A stretch of 64,000 nucleotides of DNA, taken from a virus. How positions within the stretch are numbered: the stretch's first letter is position 1; each line of letters begins with the position of its first letter. Below, one piece after another: positions 26,945 through 35,061 of the stretch. A program made the translations under genes and the position numbers. Location of the stretch: IMG/VR virus record IMGVR_UViG_3300017613_002557, positions 1 through 64,000 of that record; one strand, given 5' to 3'. Below the pieces are notes generated by a model that saw only the letters and a list, made by a program, of their open reading frames with translations, was not told the DNA's origin and searched no databases.

Positions 26945-28267
26945 ATGCAAGAAACACCAAATCACAAAATACACGCATTGATTAAAGAAACGTTCGGGGA
27001 CCATCCGGTTTTTCTCAAAACCGGTGATTTTTACACCACCTATAACGCCGATGCACACACAGTAAGCGGCATTATTGGTGTCAAAATACAGAAAATTGAC
27101 AATGATACCGGGACATACGAGATGCTGGAAATTCCGCCAGACAGCAATGGACACTTCGACAGCATCAAACACTTGCGCCCGGTCATGGTCAATGATACAA
27201 AAGATCCATTCAATACTTTCCGCTATTACGGCGAAGACAAGCCAAAGCAAACTGAACTCTGGGAATTGCCTGATCAACCGATAATACGGCCAAAACGGCG
27301 AATACTTCTGCTCGACCAATTTGAGCCAAATGATAAATTCCATCGGTTGCCACCAACTGAAGATTTTGTCACAAGCATGCGATACGTTTTGATCAATGAC
27401 ATTGCGGTCGCTGAACCAGACGAAGATGGTGAATTTTTCAAAGTCGCTGCTGGTCAAGGGCGCATATGGTCTGCAAGAATCCTGAACGAACGACTCGGAG
27501 AAGAATCACCATATTGGGGCGGTATCAGATCAAATGTGTGGCCGAAAAACACACCACTTGATTGGATTCGACTCATTGAGAATAAAATCCGTGAAGAGAA
27601 CGTTCTAAGCGACTTATTCGCTTATAAGAACCTTCTTCAATCCGGCAGAACGGTTGCTGAAGTCTCCAGAATGGTCGGGAAAAAGCAGAGCGCTGTTAAA
27701 CGGACTCTGTCACTCGATGCGCTGGTTCCGGAATTGCGTCAACGGCTTATGACCGGCGATATGTCAGCAACTACGGCATTACATGTGGCCCGTAAAAAGT
27801 GGAGTGAGAAAACACAGCAGGCGTTTACTAAAGACTGCAAAACACGCAACGTATCGGACAGGATTATTGGGAAAGATGTGATGGAATTCCTGAAGGTTCA
27901 CGAGGGCAGGCAAGAGTTTTTTGATTCAATTAATGATGACACCAGGTCGCTTGAAGAACTCAAGGAAGAGAATATCAAAGAGACGACTAAACAGAATCCT
28001 GGTGAATACACGTGCCACGATTGTGGCGGTACTGGCTTGTACCCGACCGGAAAAGGTGTTGCTGGGGTAACATCTGCGATTGTCAAAAAAAACGCCTACA
28101 ACGCTGCTGATGAATCAGAAGAACCATGTTACCATGATGAGGTGACAATTGTCTTTTCATTTCAGTCGCCACTGAATTCAAAAGCTCCATTGAGTATGAC
28201 GATCTATGCTCAGGACGGGCAAAAGTACGCCAAAGAAAATTTTCACATTGACGCTGAGGTCAAGTAG
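26945..28267 (+). CDS. MutS domain I-like / ParB-like fusion with HTH
   Basis: KETFGDHPVFLKTGDFYTTYNADAHTVSGIIGV (MutS-I); FKVAAGQGRIWSA, LIENKIRE, TVAEVSRMVGKKQSAVKRTLSL (ParB N-domain and HTH). Confidence 0.75.
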   Translation: MQETPNHKIHALIKETFGDHPVFLKTGDFYTTYNADAHTVSGIIGVKIQKIDNDTGTYEMLEIPPDSNGHFDSIKHLRPVMVNDTKDPFNTFRYYGEDKPKQTELWELPDQPIIRPKRRILLLDQFEPNDKFHRLPPTEDFVTSMRYVLINDIAVAEPDEDGEFFKVAAGQGRIWSARILNERLGEESPYWGGIRSNVWPKNTPLDWIRLIENKIREENVLSDLFAYKNLLQSGRTVAEVSRMVGKKQSAVKRTLSLDALVPELRQRLMTGDMSATTALHVARKKWSEKTQQAFTKDCKTRNVSDRIIGKDVMEFLKVHEGRQEFFDSINDDTRSLEELKEENIKETTKQNPGEYTCHDCGGTGLYPTGKGVAGVTSAIVKKNAYNAADESEEPCYHDEVTIVFSFQSPLNSKAPLSMTIYAQDGQKYAKENFHIDAEVK

Positions 28268-28329
28268 GTTTAGAATTGGTCAAATACTGAGGCTGGGATC
28301 CCCGCCTCAACATAGCATTGGAGAATAGT

Positions 28330-28971
28330 ATGAAACCCTACATCAGACAAAAAGTAAAGAGGGCACGAGAGGTGTTTTTGAGTCGGTTCGACATCGAGCT
28401 TTCAATGAAGATGCACAATCAATTGGTCGGGCAGATTACGAATGGAAACGCTGAACTTGTGGCACATAAAGATAGAAACACCGCCCTGTATAGAATGACG
28501 ATACGTGGGCAAAAGATGGTCGTTGTCTATCATAAAAAGGATCAGTACATTGTGACGGCTCTGTTTGATAAAGAGCAAACCCATACATTAGCCTGGGAAT
28601 GCGGGTTTAAATGCGGACTTGCTCGTCAACAGACGAAAAACCCGCACCCAGAAGACACACAGGAATACTGGGAATTTGAACACGGCAGAATTGCCGGTAG
28701 AAACCGGAGTATTGAGAGCGCGAACATGCCGTCTGCAAAAGAGTACAAAGAAACTCATGGGAAAATCCCGTACGGCACAATTCTTTTGCTGTGTGACGAT
28801 ACCTACATTTTTTCTGAGCGTTCTAATGGGTTTGTAGTTACTGGCAGGACGTCAGGAAATAGTGACAAGGGCATCGACTTGCGTCAAAGAGGTGCGCGGG
28901 TTGCAGGAAGATGTTCAGACATAAATACGTGGCTTCGATATGGCTCAATTTTTCCGCTTGAGGAGGTATAG
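28330..28971 (+). CDS. hypothetical protein
   Basis: GGAG RBS; 213 aa. Confidence 0.65.
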   Translation: MKPYIRQKVKRAREVFLSRFDIELSMKMHNQLVGQITNGNAELVAHKDRNTALYRMTIRGQKMVVVYHKKDQYIVTALFDKEQTHTLAWECGFKCGLARQQTKNPHPEDTQEYWEFEHGRIAGRNRSIESANMPSAKEYKETHGKIPYGTILLLCDDTYIFSERSNGFVVTGRTSGNSDKGIDLRQRGARVAGRCSDINTWLRYGSIFPLEEV

Positions 28972-28972
28972 T

Positions 28973-30733
28973 TTGACTCACAAACGTATTCCTGATACGG
29001 TGCTTACTGAAATCAGACAACAAGCTGACATTGTCGAAGTGATTTCAGAATACGTCGCATTGACGAAGTCCGGGAAAAACTATAAGGGACTGTGCCCATT
29101 CCATCAGGAAAAAACGCCGTCCTTTGTGGTCAGTCCTGAAAAGAAAATTTTTCACTGTTATGGCTGCGGTGTCGGTGGAAATATCTTCTCTTTTCTTGTA
29201 AAGCATGAAAAGTGCTCGTTTCCTGAATCTGTCGGTATGTTGGCAAAACGCGCCGGTATCAACATGTCGGACAATACTGACACACAAGGCACACAAGGCA
29301 CACAGCAGATTGAACACAAAGATCAACTGTATCGGCTACACAAGGATGTTAGCGAGTATTTCACAACACAACTTGTCAGCAATCATAACGCTACTGAGCG
29401 CCTTCGGCAACGAGAGGTCTGCGCGGCAGCGGCACAGTCATTTTCACTAGGATATGCACTCCCGTCATGGGAGAATATACAGAAACACTTTGCCAGCAAA
29501 TACCCGATCGATCTGCTTCTTGAAAGCGGCTTGCTAATACAGCGTAAAAATGGCAATGGATACTATGACCGGTTTCGTGATCGGATCATAATTCCAATCA
29601 CAGATGATCGCGGCCGGGTGATCGCGTTTGGCGGGAGAGCAGTCAATGATGACCTAAAATATGTAAACTCGTCAGAATCACCGATCTTTCAGAAAAACCG
29701 GGTACTGTTTGGACTCAGTCATGCAAAACAAGCCATTCACCAGCATGGGTATGTCGTAATTGTCGAAGGTTATTTTGACATGATTGTGCCCTTTAGTCTG
29801 GGTGTGCAAAATATCGTTGCCACAATGGGAACGGCATTAACACAGCAGCACTTACGTGTACTTCAGCGGTATACCCGCAATGTTGTTCTGATGTTTGATG
29901 GCGATCACGCCGGAATCACTGCTGTGCAGCGTTCTCTCGATCTGTTTCTTGAGTCTGGGTTTACTGTGACGGCTGCTGTTCTACCAAAAGATATTGACCC
30001 AGATAAGATGATTCGAGAAATGGGAGTAGACCAATTTAAGCAATGTATCACACAGGCGCACCCACTGCTCGATTTTATCCGTGGTCATATCATGGCACAA
30101 TACGATCTTTCGCGTACCGATCAACGTGTCGCCTGCGCGAATAAAATCTTGGCGACAATTGTCAAAATTCAAAATATTCCAGAACGCAATACCCAGATCA
30201 GTAAAACTGCCGGGTTGCTCCAAATAACGGATGCGGACAAAGCTCTTCTGGATGAATTTCGTAAAGGGACACGTACCGGCAAGCCACGTGTGACAATTCC
30301 GGTAAAGACAGAGATCGCACTTCCTCCTCTGGAGCGCTTTCTAGTGAAAGCCCTGTTGAAAGACAAACAGCTTATTAAATATGTCAAACATGTTGGGCCA
30401 GCTACTTTTTCGCACACAATCACACGTAAAGTAATTGAGGTGTTGCTGTTTAACGAAACATCTGAGTGCGAGTCACGTGTTTTAGACCACTTTCACACAG
30501 CAGACTACCAATCATACCTCACAGAACTGTTTCTGCAAGTAGATGAGGTTGTGGACCCAGAGACGACAGTCAGAGATTGTTTGAACAGACTACAACAACA
30601 GACAGCCAGGAAACGTGCATGTAAGGACACATTGCGGCTGCAAGAACTACAAGAGCAAACAGACAGTGTCGAATTCGCTGCGCTTATCCAGCGCAAAAAT
30701 AAACAACTTCAGGAAAAGCGACATCAAAAATAG
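28973..30733 (+). CDS. dnaG: DNA primase DnaG (full-length, cellular type)
   Basis: CPFHQEKTPSF..FHCYGC zinc finger, DRFRDRII, FGGR, KYVNS, VEGYFD, FDGD.AG, DPD; GAGGAGG with TTG 28973. Confidence 0.97.
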   Translation: MTHKRIPDTVLTEIRQQADIVEVISEYVALTKSGKNYKGLCPFHQEKTPSFVVSPEKKIFHCYGCGVGGNIFSFLVKHEKCSFPESVGMLAKRAGINMSDNTDTQGTQGTQQIEHKDQLYRLHKDVSEYFTTQLVSNHNATERLRQREVCAAAAQSFSLGYALPSWENIQKHFASKYPIDLLLESGLLIQRKNGNGYYDRFRDRIIIPITDDRGRVIAFGGRAVNDDLKYVNSSESPIFQKNRVLFGLSHAKQAIHQHGYVVIVEGYFDMIVPFSLGVQNIVATMGTALTQQHLRVLQRYTRNVVLMFDGDHAGITAVQRSLDLFLESGFTVTAAVLPKDIDPDKMIREMGVDQFKQCITQAHPLLDFIRGHIMAQYDLSRTDQRVACANKILATIVKIQNIPERNTQISKTAGLLQITDADKALLDEFRKGTRTGKPRVTIPVKTEIALPPLERFLVKALLKDKQLIKYVKHVGPATFSHTITRKVIEVLLFNETSECESRVLDHFHTADYQSYLTELFLQVDEVVDPETTVRDCLNRLQQQTARKRACKDTLRLQELQEQTDSVEFAALIQRKNKQLQEKRHQK

Positions 30734-30745
30734 GAGCGTACGCCG

Positions 30746-30943
30746 ATGTTATCAAACGAGCAAGTTACCAAAATTCAGGCTGCTATTCAGGCTATTGAGA
30801 CAGCAGAAGAAGTTAGTATTTGTCATACTTTTCTGACCGATGCAAAAATACTGTTACAAGAAGTGCTTGGCGAAGATCAGTCTGATCAATATCTTGACAT
30901 TGAGGCTAAAATATTCGATGAAAGCGATTTTGACGAGGGCTAA
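30746..30943 (+). CDS. small acidic protein
   Basis: AGGAG RBS. Confidence 0.6.
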   Translation: MLSNEQVTKIQAAIQAIETAEEVSICHTFLTDAKILLQEVLGEDQSDQYLDIEAKIFDESDFDEG

Positions 30944-30947
30944 ATAT

Positions 30948-31184
30948 ATGACAAACGAACAAAAGTTACACCTTGCTCTTGCAACTTTACGAGGTATCGT
31001 AGACTATGAAAGATCGCTAAAAGACACTCCAGGATTCGATGGTGCTGTATGGGTAATGTCATATACAGGACTAAACATGTGTGGATATTTGGACAAAGAT
31101 TTTGGCGATCTTCATGCATACCCAACAGAGAAAGAGAACCCTCAAAGGTGGGTAGCAGAAAGACAACAATGTCATGCAAAATAG
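30948..31184 (+). CDS. hypothetical protein
   Basis: GAGG RBS, ATG 30948. Confidence 0.55.
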   Translation: MTNEQKLHLALATLRGIVDYERSLKDTPGFDGAVWVMSYTGLNMCGYLDKDFGDLHAYPTEKENPQRWVAERQQCHAK

Positions 31185-31219
31185 CACTGCCGGTATTTAA
31201 ATGGCACACAAGACGTGAT

Positions 31220-31258
31220 TTTTATCACGAGTAAGTCGTGACAATTATATTGTTATAC
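31220..31258 (+). mobile_element. attI-like recombination site, copy 2
   Basis: TTTTATCACGAGTAAGTCGTGACAATTATATT-GTTATAC; GTTATACGCC matches the far cassette end GGCGCATAAC (31891-31900). Confidence 0.6.
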
Positions 31259-31452
31259 GCCTTGCGGCAGCGCAGTTCCTTGAAAAAAAAGTTTCTCCTT
31301 GTTTTCCTGTTATACAGGCGAAATCAGACACGGGGCAAAAATGTTTCATTTATTTTGTTTAATCTACTTGACAAATTAAACAAAAAGACTTATTGTGTAT
31401 ATTACAAGACGGAAACAAGGTAAAACAAACAATCAAAACAAGGAGAAAAATC

Positions 31453-31683
31453 ATGAGAGATTACACACAAGAAGAAGCTGACCGGAAAGAATTAGTTGCA
31501 ATGAATCAGGCTATTGAAGACGCCTCGCAAGGTATGAGCTACGAAGAAATGATGAAAGATCCAAAGGTTGTGGTATTAATCCAAAAACGTGATGACTTCA
31601 AAGAACAAATCGAGGCGATGGCACAGGAAGAACTCGACGAATACAAAAAAGAAAATCCTTTTTTCAGTGAGTTATTAGCATGA
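31453..31683 (+). CDS. small acidic protein, gene 1 of a promoter-bearing cassette
   Basis: TTGACA at 31368 and AAGGAG RBS upstream; ATGA overlap with gene 2. Confidence 0.7.
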   Translation: MRDYTQEEADRKELVAMNQAIEDASQGMSYEEMMKDPKVVVLIQKRDDFKEQIEAMAQEELDEYKKENPFFSELLA

Positions 31684-31889
31684 AGAAAGAAACGAGAGGT
31701 GGCGCAGGCAGGAATCAAGGCTTGCGCCCCGGAACCTATAAAAACGCACAGAAGCCGCCGGAATTTAAGCATAGTATCAAAAAGCAAGTAAGCTACACGC
31801 CGGAACAGTGGCAGCGTGTAGAGGCAAAAATGAAAGAATACGGCATAAAGAAATTTAGCGATTATGCCAGAATGTTAACTTTATCATAG
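31680..31889 (+). CDS. small DNA-binding protein (RGG..GR N-terminus, RHH-like C-terminus)
   Basis: RGGAGRNQGLRP...KKQVSYTPEQWQRVEAKMKEYGIKKFSDYAR. Confidence 0.7.
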   Translation: MKKETRGGAGRNQGLRPGTYKNAQKPPEFKHSIKKQVSYTPEQWQRVEAKMKEYGIKKFSDYARMLTLS

Positions 31890-31893
31890 CGGC

Positions 31894-31955
31894 GCATAAC
31901 AAAAAATTGTACGCGACCGGAAAAAGCGCCCGGCGCGTAAATTTCGCCGTTATGC
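31894..31955 (+). mobile_element. attC site (62 bp)
   Basis: GCATAAC...GTTATGC; AAATT(G)TACGCG(A)CCGG pairs with CCGGCGCGTAAATTT with two extrahelical bases. Confidence 0.93.
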
Positions 31956-31977
31956 AACTTATGTTTGGAGGTAACGC

Positions 31978-32718
31978 ATGAAAATAGAACAACATATTTT
32001 AGATATAATCGAAGAAGGCAAAACAGACGGGAATTTATTTTTTCTGCCAAATCGTCAGCTTGACCGCAAGGTTTACCAGGATGTAAACAAGGTTCTTGGG
32101 TGTCTCGGAGGAAAGTGGAATCGGAAATTTAAGGCCCATGTGTTTGAGTCTGATATTTCAGGCGCTATTGATGATGTACTTTTAACCGGCGAAGTTATTA
32201 GCAAGAAACAAGAGTTTCAGTTTTTTGAAACGCCGGAACCTATTGTCAACCAACTTATCGAATTAGCAGAAATTGAAGTAGGGCATAAATGTCTTGAACC
32301 TTCTGCCGGTCATGGGAATATCGCTGAAGCATTGCGCGAAATTGTTGGCGATAACGTGACGTGTGTTGAAATGATGCCGGAAAATGTTGCTGTCCTTGTA
32401 AGCAAAGGTTTTCAGGTGCATGAAGGTGACTTTTTGCAGTATCTTTCCGGCGTAGGTTATGACAGAATTATCATGAATCCTCCATTCACACGACAACAGG
32501 ACATCGCCCATGTCGAAAAAGCTTTAATGCATCTGAAGGATGGCAGTATTCTTGTTTCTGTGATGTCTGTCGGCGTAACGTTTCGACATGACAAAAAGAC
32601 AACTGACTTTTGGTATAAACTTAGTGGATACGATTATGAGATTATTGAGTTGCCAATAGGAGCGTTTAAGGTTTCCGGTACTATGGTCAATGCAATAATC
32701 TTGAAGGTCGTTGCATAA
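31978..32718 (+). CDS. cassette-borne amino (N6-adenine-type) DNA methyltransferase-like protein
   Basis: FFETP, LEPSAGHG (motif I), IMNPPF (motif IV), AFKVSGT.V; stop inside attC R''. Confidence 0.9.
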   Translation: MKIEQHILDIIEEGKTDGNLFFLPNRQLDRKVYQDVNKVLGCLGGKWNRKFKAHVFESDISGAIDDVLLTGEVISKKQEFQFFETPEPIVNQLIELAEIEVGHKCLEPSAGHGNIAEALREIVGDNVTCVEMMPENVAVLVSKGFQVHEGDFLQYLSGVGYDRIIMNPPFTRQQDIAHVEKALMHLKDGSILVSVMSVGVTFRHDKKTTDFWYKLSGYDYEIIELPIGAFKVSGTMVNAIILKVVA

Positions 32719-32821
32719 CAACCGCTTGCAGCCAGATTTGACCGCGTGGGTTCAAATCTGGCTGCTAAATTACAAGCTTCGGTGGCGCGTGGGTTCAAAC
32801 TGCTGAAGCGGAACGTTAGTA
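32713..32821 (+). mobile_element. attC site (109 bp)
   Basis: GCATAAC...GTTAGTA; CCGCTT(G)CAGC(C)AG(A)TTTGA pairs with TCAAACTGCTGAAGCGG. Confidence 0.88.
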
Positions 32822-32843
32822 GTGCTTGAGAGGGATAATAATT

Positions 32844-33134
32844 ATGGACGGGAAAGAGATGTGTGCATTATTGAAACAGGAGGCACAAAAAGGAAATATT
32901 TGTTTTTTCGCTACACCTGATGAACTTGTAAAAGTGAACCTTGATGAGTTTATCAGGCAACCAGCAGAAGGTATGCTGTATGATTTGAATAGAAACAAAA
33001 TCACCGTATTACATTTCATCACTCAAGGGAACATGAAATGGGTGAATAATTATGCAGTGGCATTAGTGATAGAAAAATTAAGAGAGGTTGTTGGCCGTAC
33101 TGCTAACAAAACATTGGAAACGACACAGGGCTGA
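32844..33134 (+). CDS. cassette-borne hypothetical protein
   Basis: GAGAGGG RBS; cassette start GTTAGTAGTGC matches end GTACTGCTAAC (33097-33107) at 9 of 11 positions. Confidence 0.7.
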   Translation: MDGKEMCALLKQEAQKGNICFFATPDELVKVNLDEFIRQPAEGMLYDLNRNKITVLHFITQGNMKWVNNYAVALVIEKLREVVGRTANKTLETTQG

Positions 33135-33135
33135 G
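33101..33135 (+). mobile_element. left half of an attC site; right arm not found
   Basis: TGCTAAC-AAAACATTGGAAACGAC fits R''/L'' but no complementary arm within 150 bp. Confidence 0.5.
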
Positions 33136-33455
33136 CGGTGAACTTGCGGAAGCATTTAAAAATTAGATCCTCTGTTGAGCCGCCTTTTAAAATATGAAAT
33201 ATTTTTCTGATGATGAAATGTTGAAGAAAAGTCAGTTTTTTGCTTTTGCCTGCATTGGTGGGATGAAAGAAGGTTTTGACTATTCAGAGACGAAGGCGCT
33301 TTGTAAATATTGGGGCGAACAACGGCGAAAAAATCACTATCATGGTGGGTTTTTTAAGGAAGTTTCAGGTCAGCAGGCGTTGCGTCTACAGCGCCAGACT
33401 AGCAAAAGTTAGCAAATGACTGCTGTGACGCGCATCGCTTGAGAGGTGAAATAGC

Positions 33456-33839
33456 ATGAATTGGAATACACATTTTTACTTGTATGCAAAAGGCCACTAT
33501 CAGAAAACTGACCTGATTGAGGATCTCAAGAAGGTTTTTGCAAAACGTTCAGCGGTTCCATTAGAGTGTTGTCAGCCAAGGGATGTGGCAATAGCATTGC
33601 TTGAATTAGCATGGAAGCACATTGCTGAAAGTGGGAATCCTGAATATCAATTTATTGAATTTATCAGCAGGCTCAGCCCCGTTGATATATTTGGACAAGA
33701 GCGTTGGTCTGGGGGTGATGGTTTCTGGAAAGTTTTGTTGAATGATTGCCTGCCTGTGCTACGGAATACGAAAGTGGCAGGTTTGGATTTAGGGGAAGCT
33801 GATCCGAAAGTGCTGCCGTTAAGATCGCCAAAGCATTAA
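33456..33839 (+). CDS. hypothetical protein
   Basis: GAGGTG RBS; preceded by GTTAGCA at 33408. Confidence 0.7.
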   Translation: MNWNTHFYLYAKGHYQKTDLIEDLKKVFAKRSAVPLECCQPRDVAIALLELAWKHIAESGNPEYQFIEFISRLSPVDIFGQERWSGGDGFWKVLLNDCLPVLRNTKVAGLDLGEADPKVLPLRSPKH

Positions 33840-33948
33840 GAAAGGATATTGATATGTCAAAACATAGAGCACTTGACGTATAGACGAAAAAAGCCTCGAC
33901 GTTTTTATGGGCAAGTCAAACGGGAGATTCTGCGCATAGCACAAAACA

Positions 33949-34371
33949 ATGCACAAAACACGTATTTCAATCAATGATACCCCACCAATAGCAATGCTGC
34001 GAAGCTGTCTTGCCGTTGCGTATGATCGGGTCATCCCCTCTGATTACATCGGTGATGCAGAACGAGAAGAGGGCTATTTTGAAGGTCGTTTTGTTGCTAT
34101 TGCGGCCCTGCCTATTTCACATCGTTTGTGCTTCCTCGTGCGTCTCGCCGGCGAACGCTACGCTCAGATTTATACCAACTGTAACGCGCCAAAAATCTTT
34201 AAGACAAAATACTATTGTGTGGACGAGTGGCACGATGGAATTGGGAAGATTGATGCATCCAGGGCATTTTCGACCAAGAAAACCGCCCTGGAATATGGGC
34301 ATGAGGTGCTTAAAGGGACTGAAATCTTAAATGATCTCGAACATTACGAGATCACCATTCTTTTTTCATGA
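33949..34371 (+). CDS. hypothetical protein (start uncertain)
   Basis: Open frame converging on the structural block. Confidence 0.5.
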   Translation: MHKTRISINDTPPIAMLRSCLAVAYDRVIPSDYIGDAEREEGYFEGRFVAIAALPISHRLCFLVRLAGERYAQIYTNCNAPKIFKTKYYCVDEWHDGIGKIDASRAFSTKKTALEYGHEVLKGTEILNDLEHYEITILFS

Positions 34372-34372
34372 T

Positions 34373-35050
34373 TTACACCGGAGGTTCTGCTTTTGCAAAG
34401 CCACTATTGTTAATCACCATCCAGCCTGTCGTTGAACCGGCTGGAACCAACTCACAATATTGATAGTCTGTGCCACTACTCTCAATATCATCAGTGTCCG
34501 TGTCACTCCCCAATGTGATATTGTCGCTTCCACTGGCCTCTATTGTGACTTCAGCACTATTACGAGCCCAAACTGTGATTCTTCCGGTTTCACCTGCTGA
34601 AAACCCGGAAAGTGCAGGCAATGTAATCGTCGTTGATCCATACACTTCAATAATAATCCCGGCCTTGATCTCATCGACCGTAACCGACTTTGTGCTATTC
34701 GTTTCAACATATTCATTGGCAGCACCACTTCCAACTTCATACGAAGTAGATCCGCCATCGTTTGTAAACGTCCACACACCACCAACGACCGAAATCAGGT
34801 TTTGATCGTCAGATGACTCAAGCTCGTCTAGTTGAATTGTCTGAACACCGGCTGCATCAGAGACAGTTCCGGGAATGAGAAGATCCCGCATGACAGCCGA
34901 TGTGCTGCCATCAGAGACAAGAACATTGGTAACTCGCGATCTTGGCTGATCCCCTTCAGGAAGTGAACGAAGAAGCGGCCACCCTTCATAACATCCGGAT
35001 AGAATAATTATACACACCAAACATATTGCTATATGCCCTAATTTTTTCAT
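34373..35050 (-). CDS. lipoprotein with tail-fibre-like C-terminal domain
   Basis: MKKLGHIAICLVCIIILSGC lipobox; TITLPA...G...ITV...VTIEASGSDNI motif common in phage fibre proteins; GAGGGG RBS. Confidence 0.65.
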   Translation of the reverse strand: MKKLGHIAICLVCIIILSGCYEGWPLLRSLPEGDQPRSRVTNVLVSDGSTSAVMRDLLIPGTVSDAAGVQTIQLDELESSDDQNLISVVGGVWTFTNDGGSTSYEVGSGAANEYVETNSTKSVTVDEIKAGIIIEVYGSTTITLPALSGFSAGETGRITVWARNSAEVTIEASGSDNITLGSDTDTDDIESSGTDYQYCELVPAGSTTGWMVINNSGFAKAEPPV

Positions 35051-35061
35051 AATCCCCTCTC

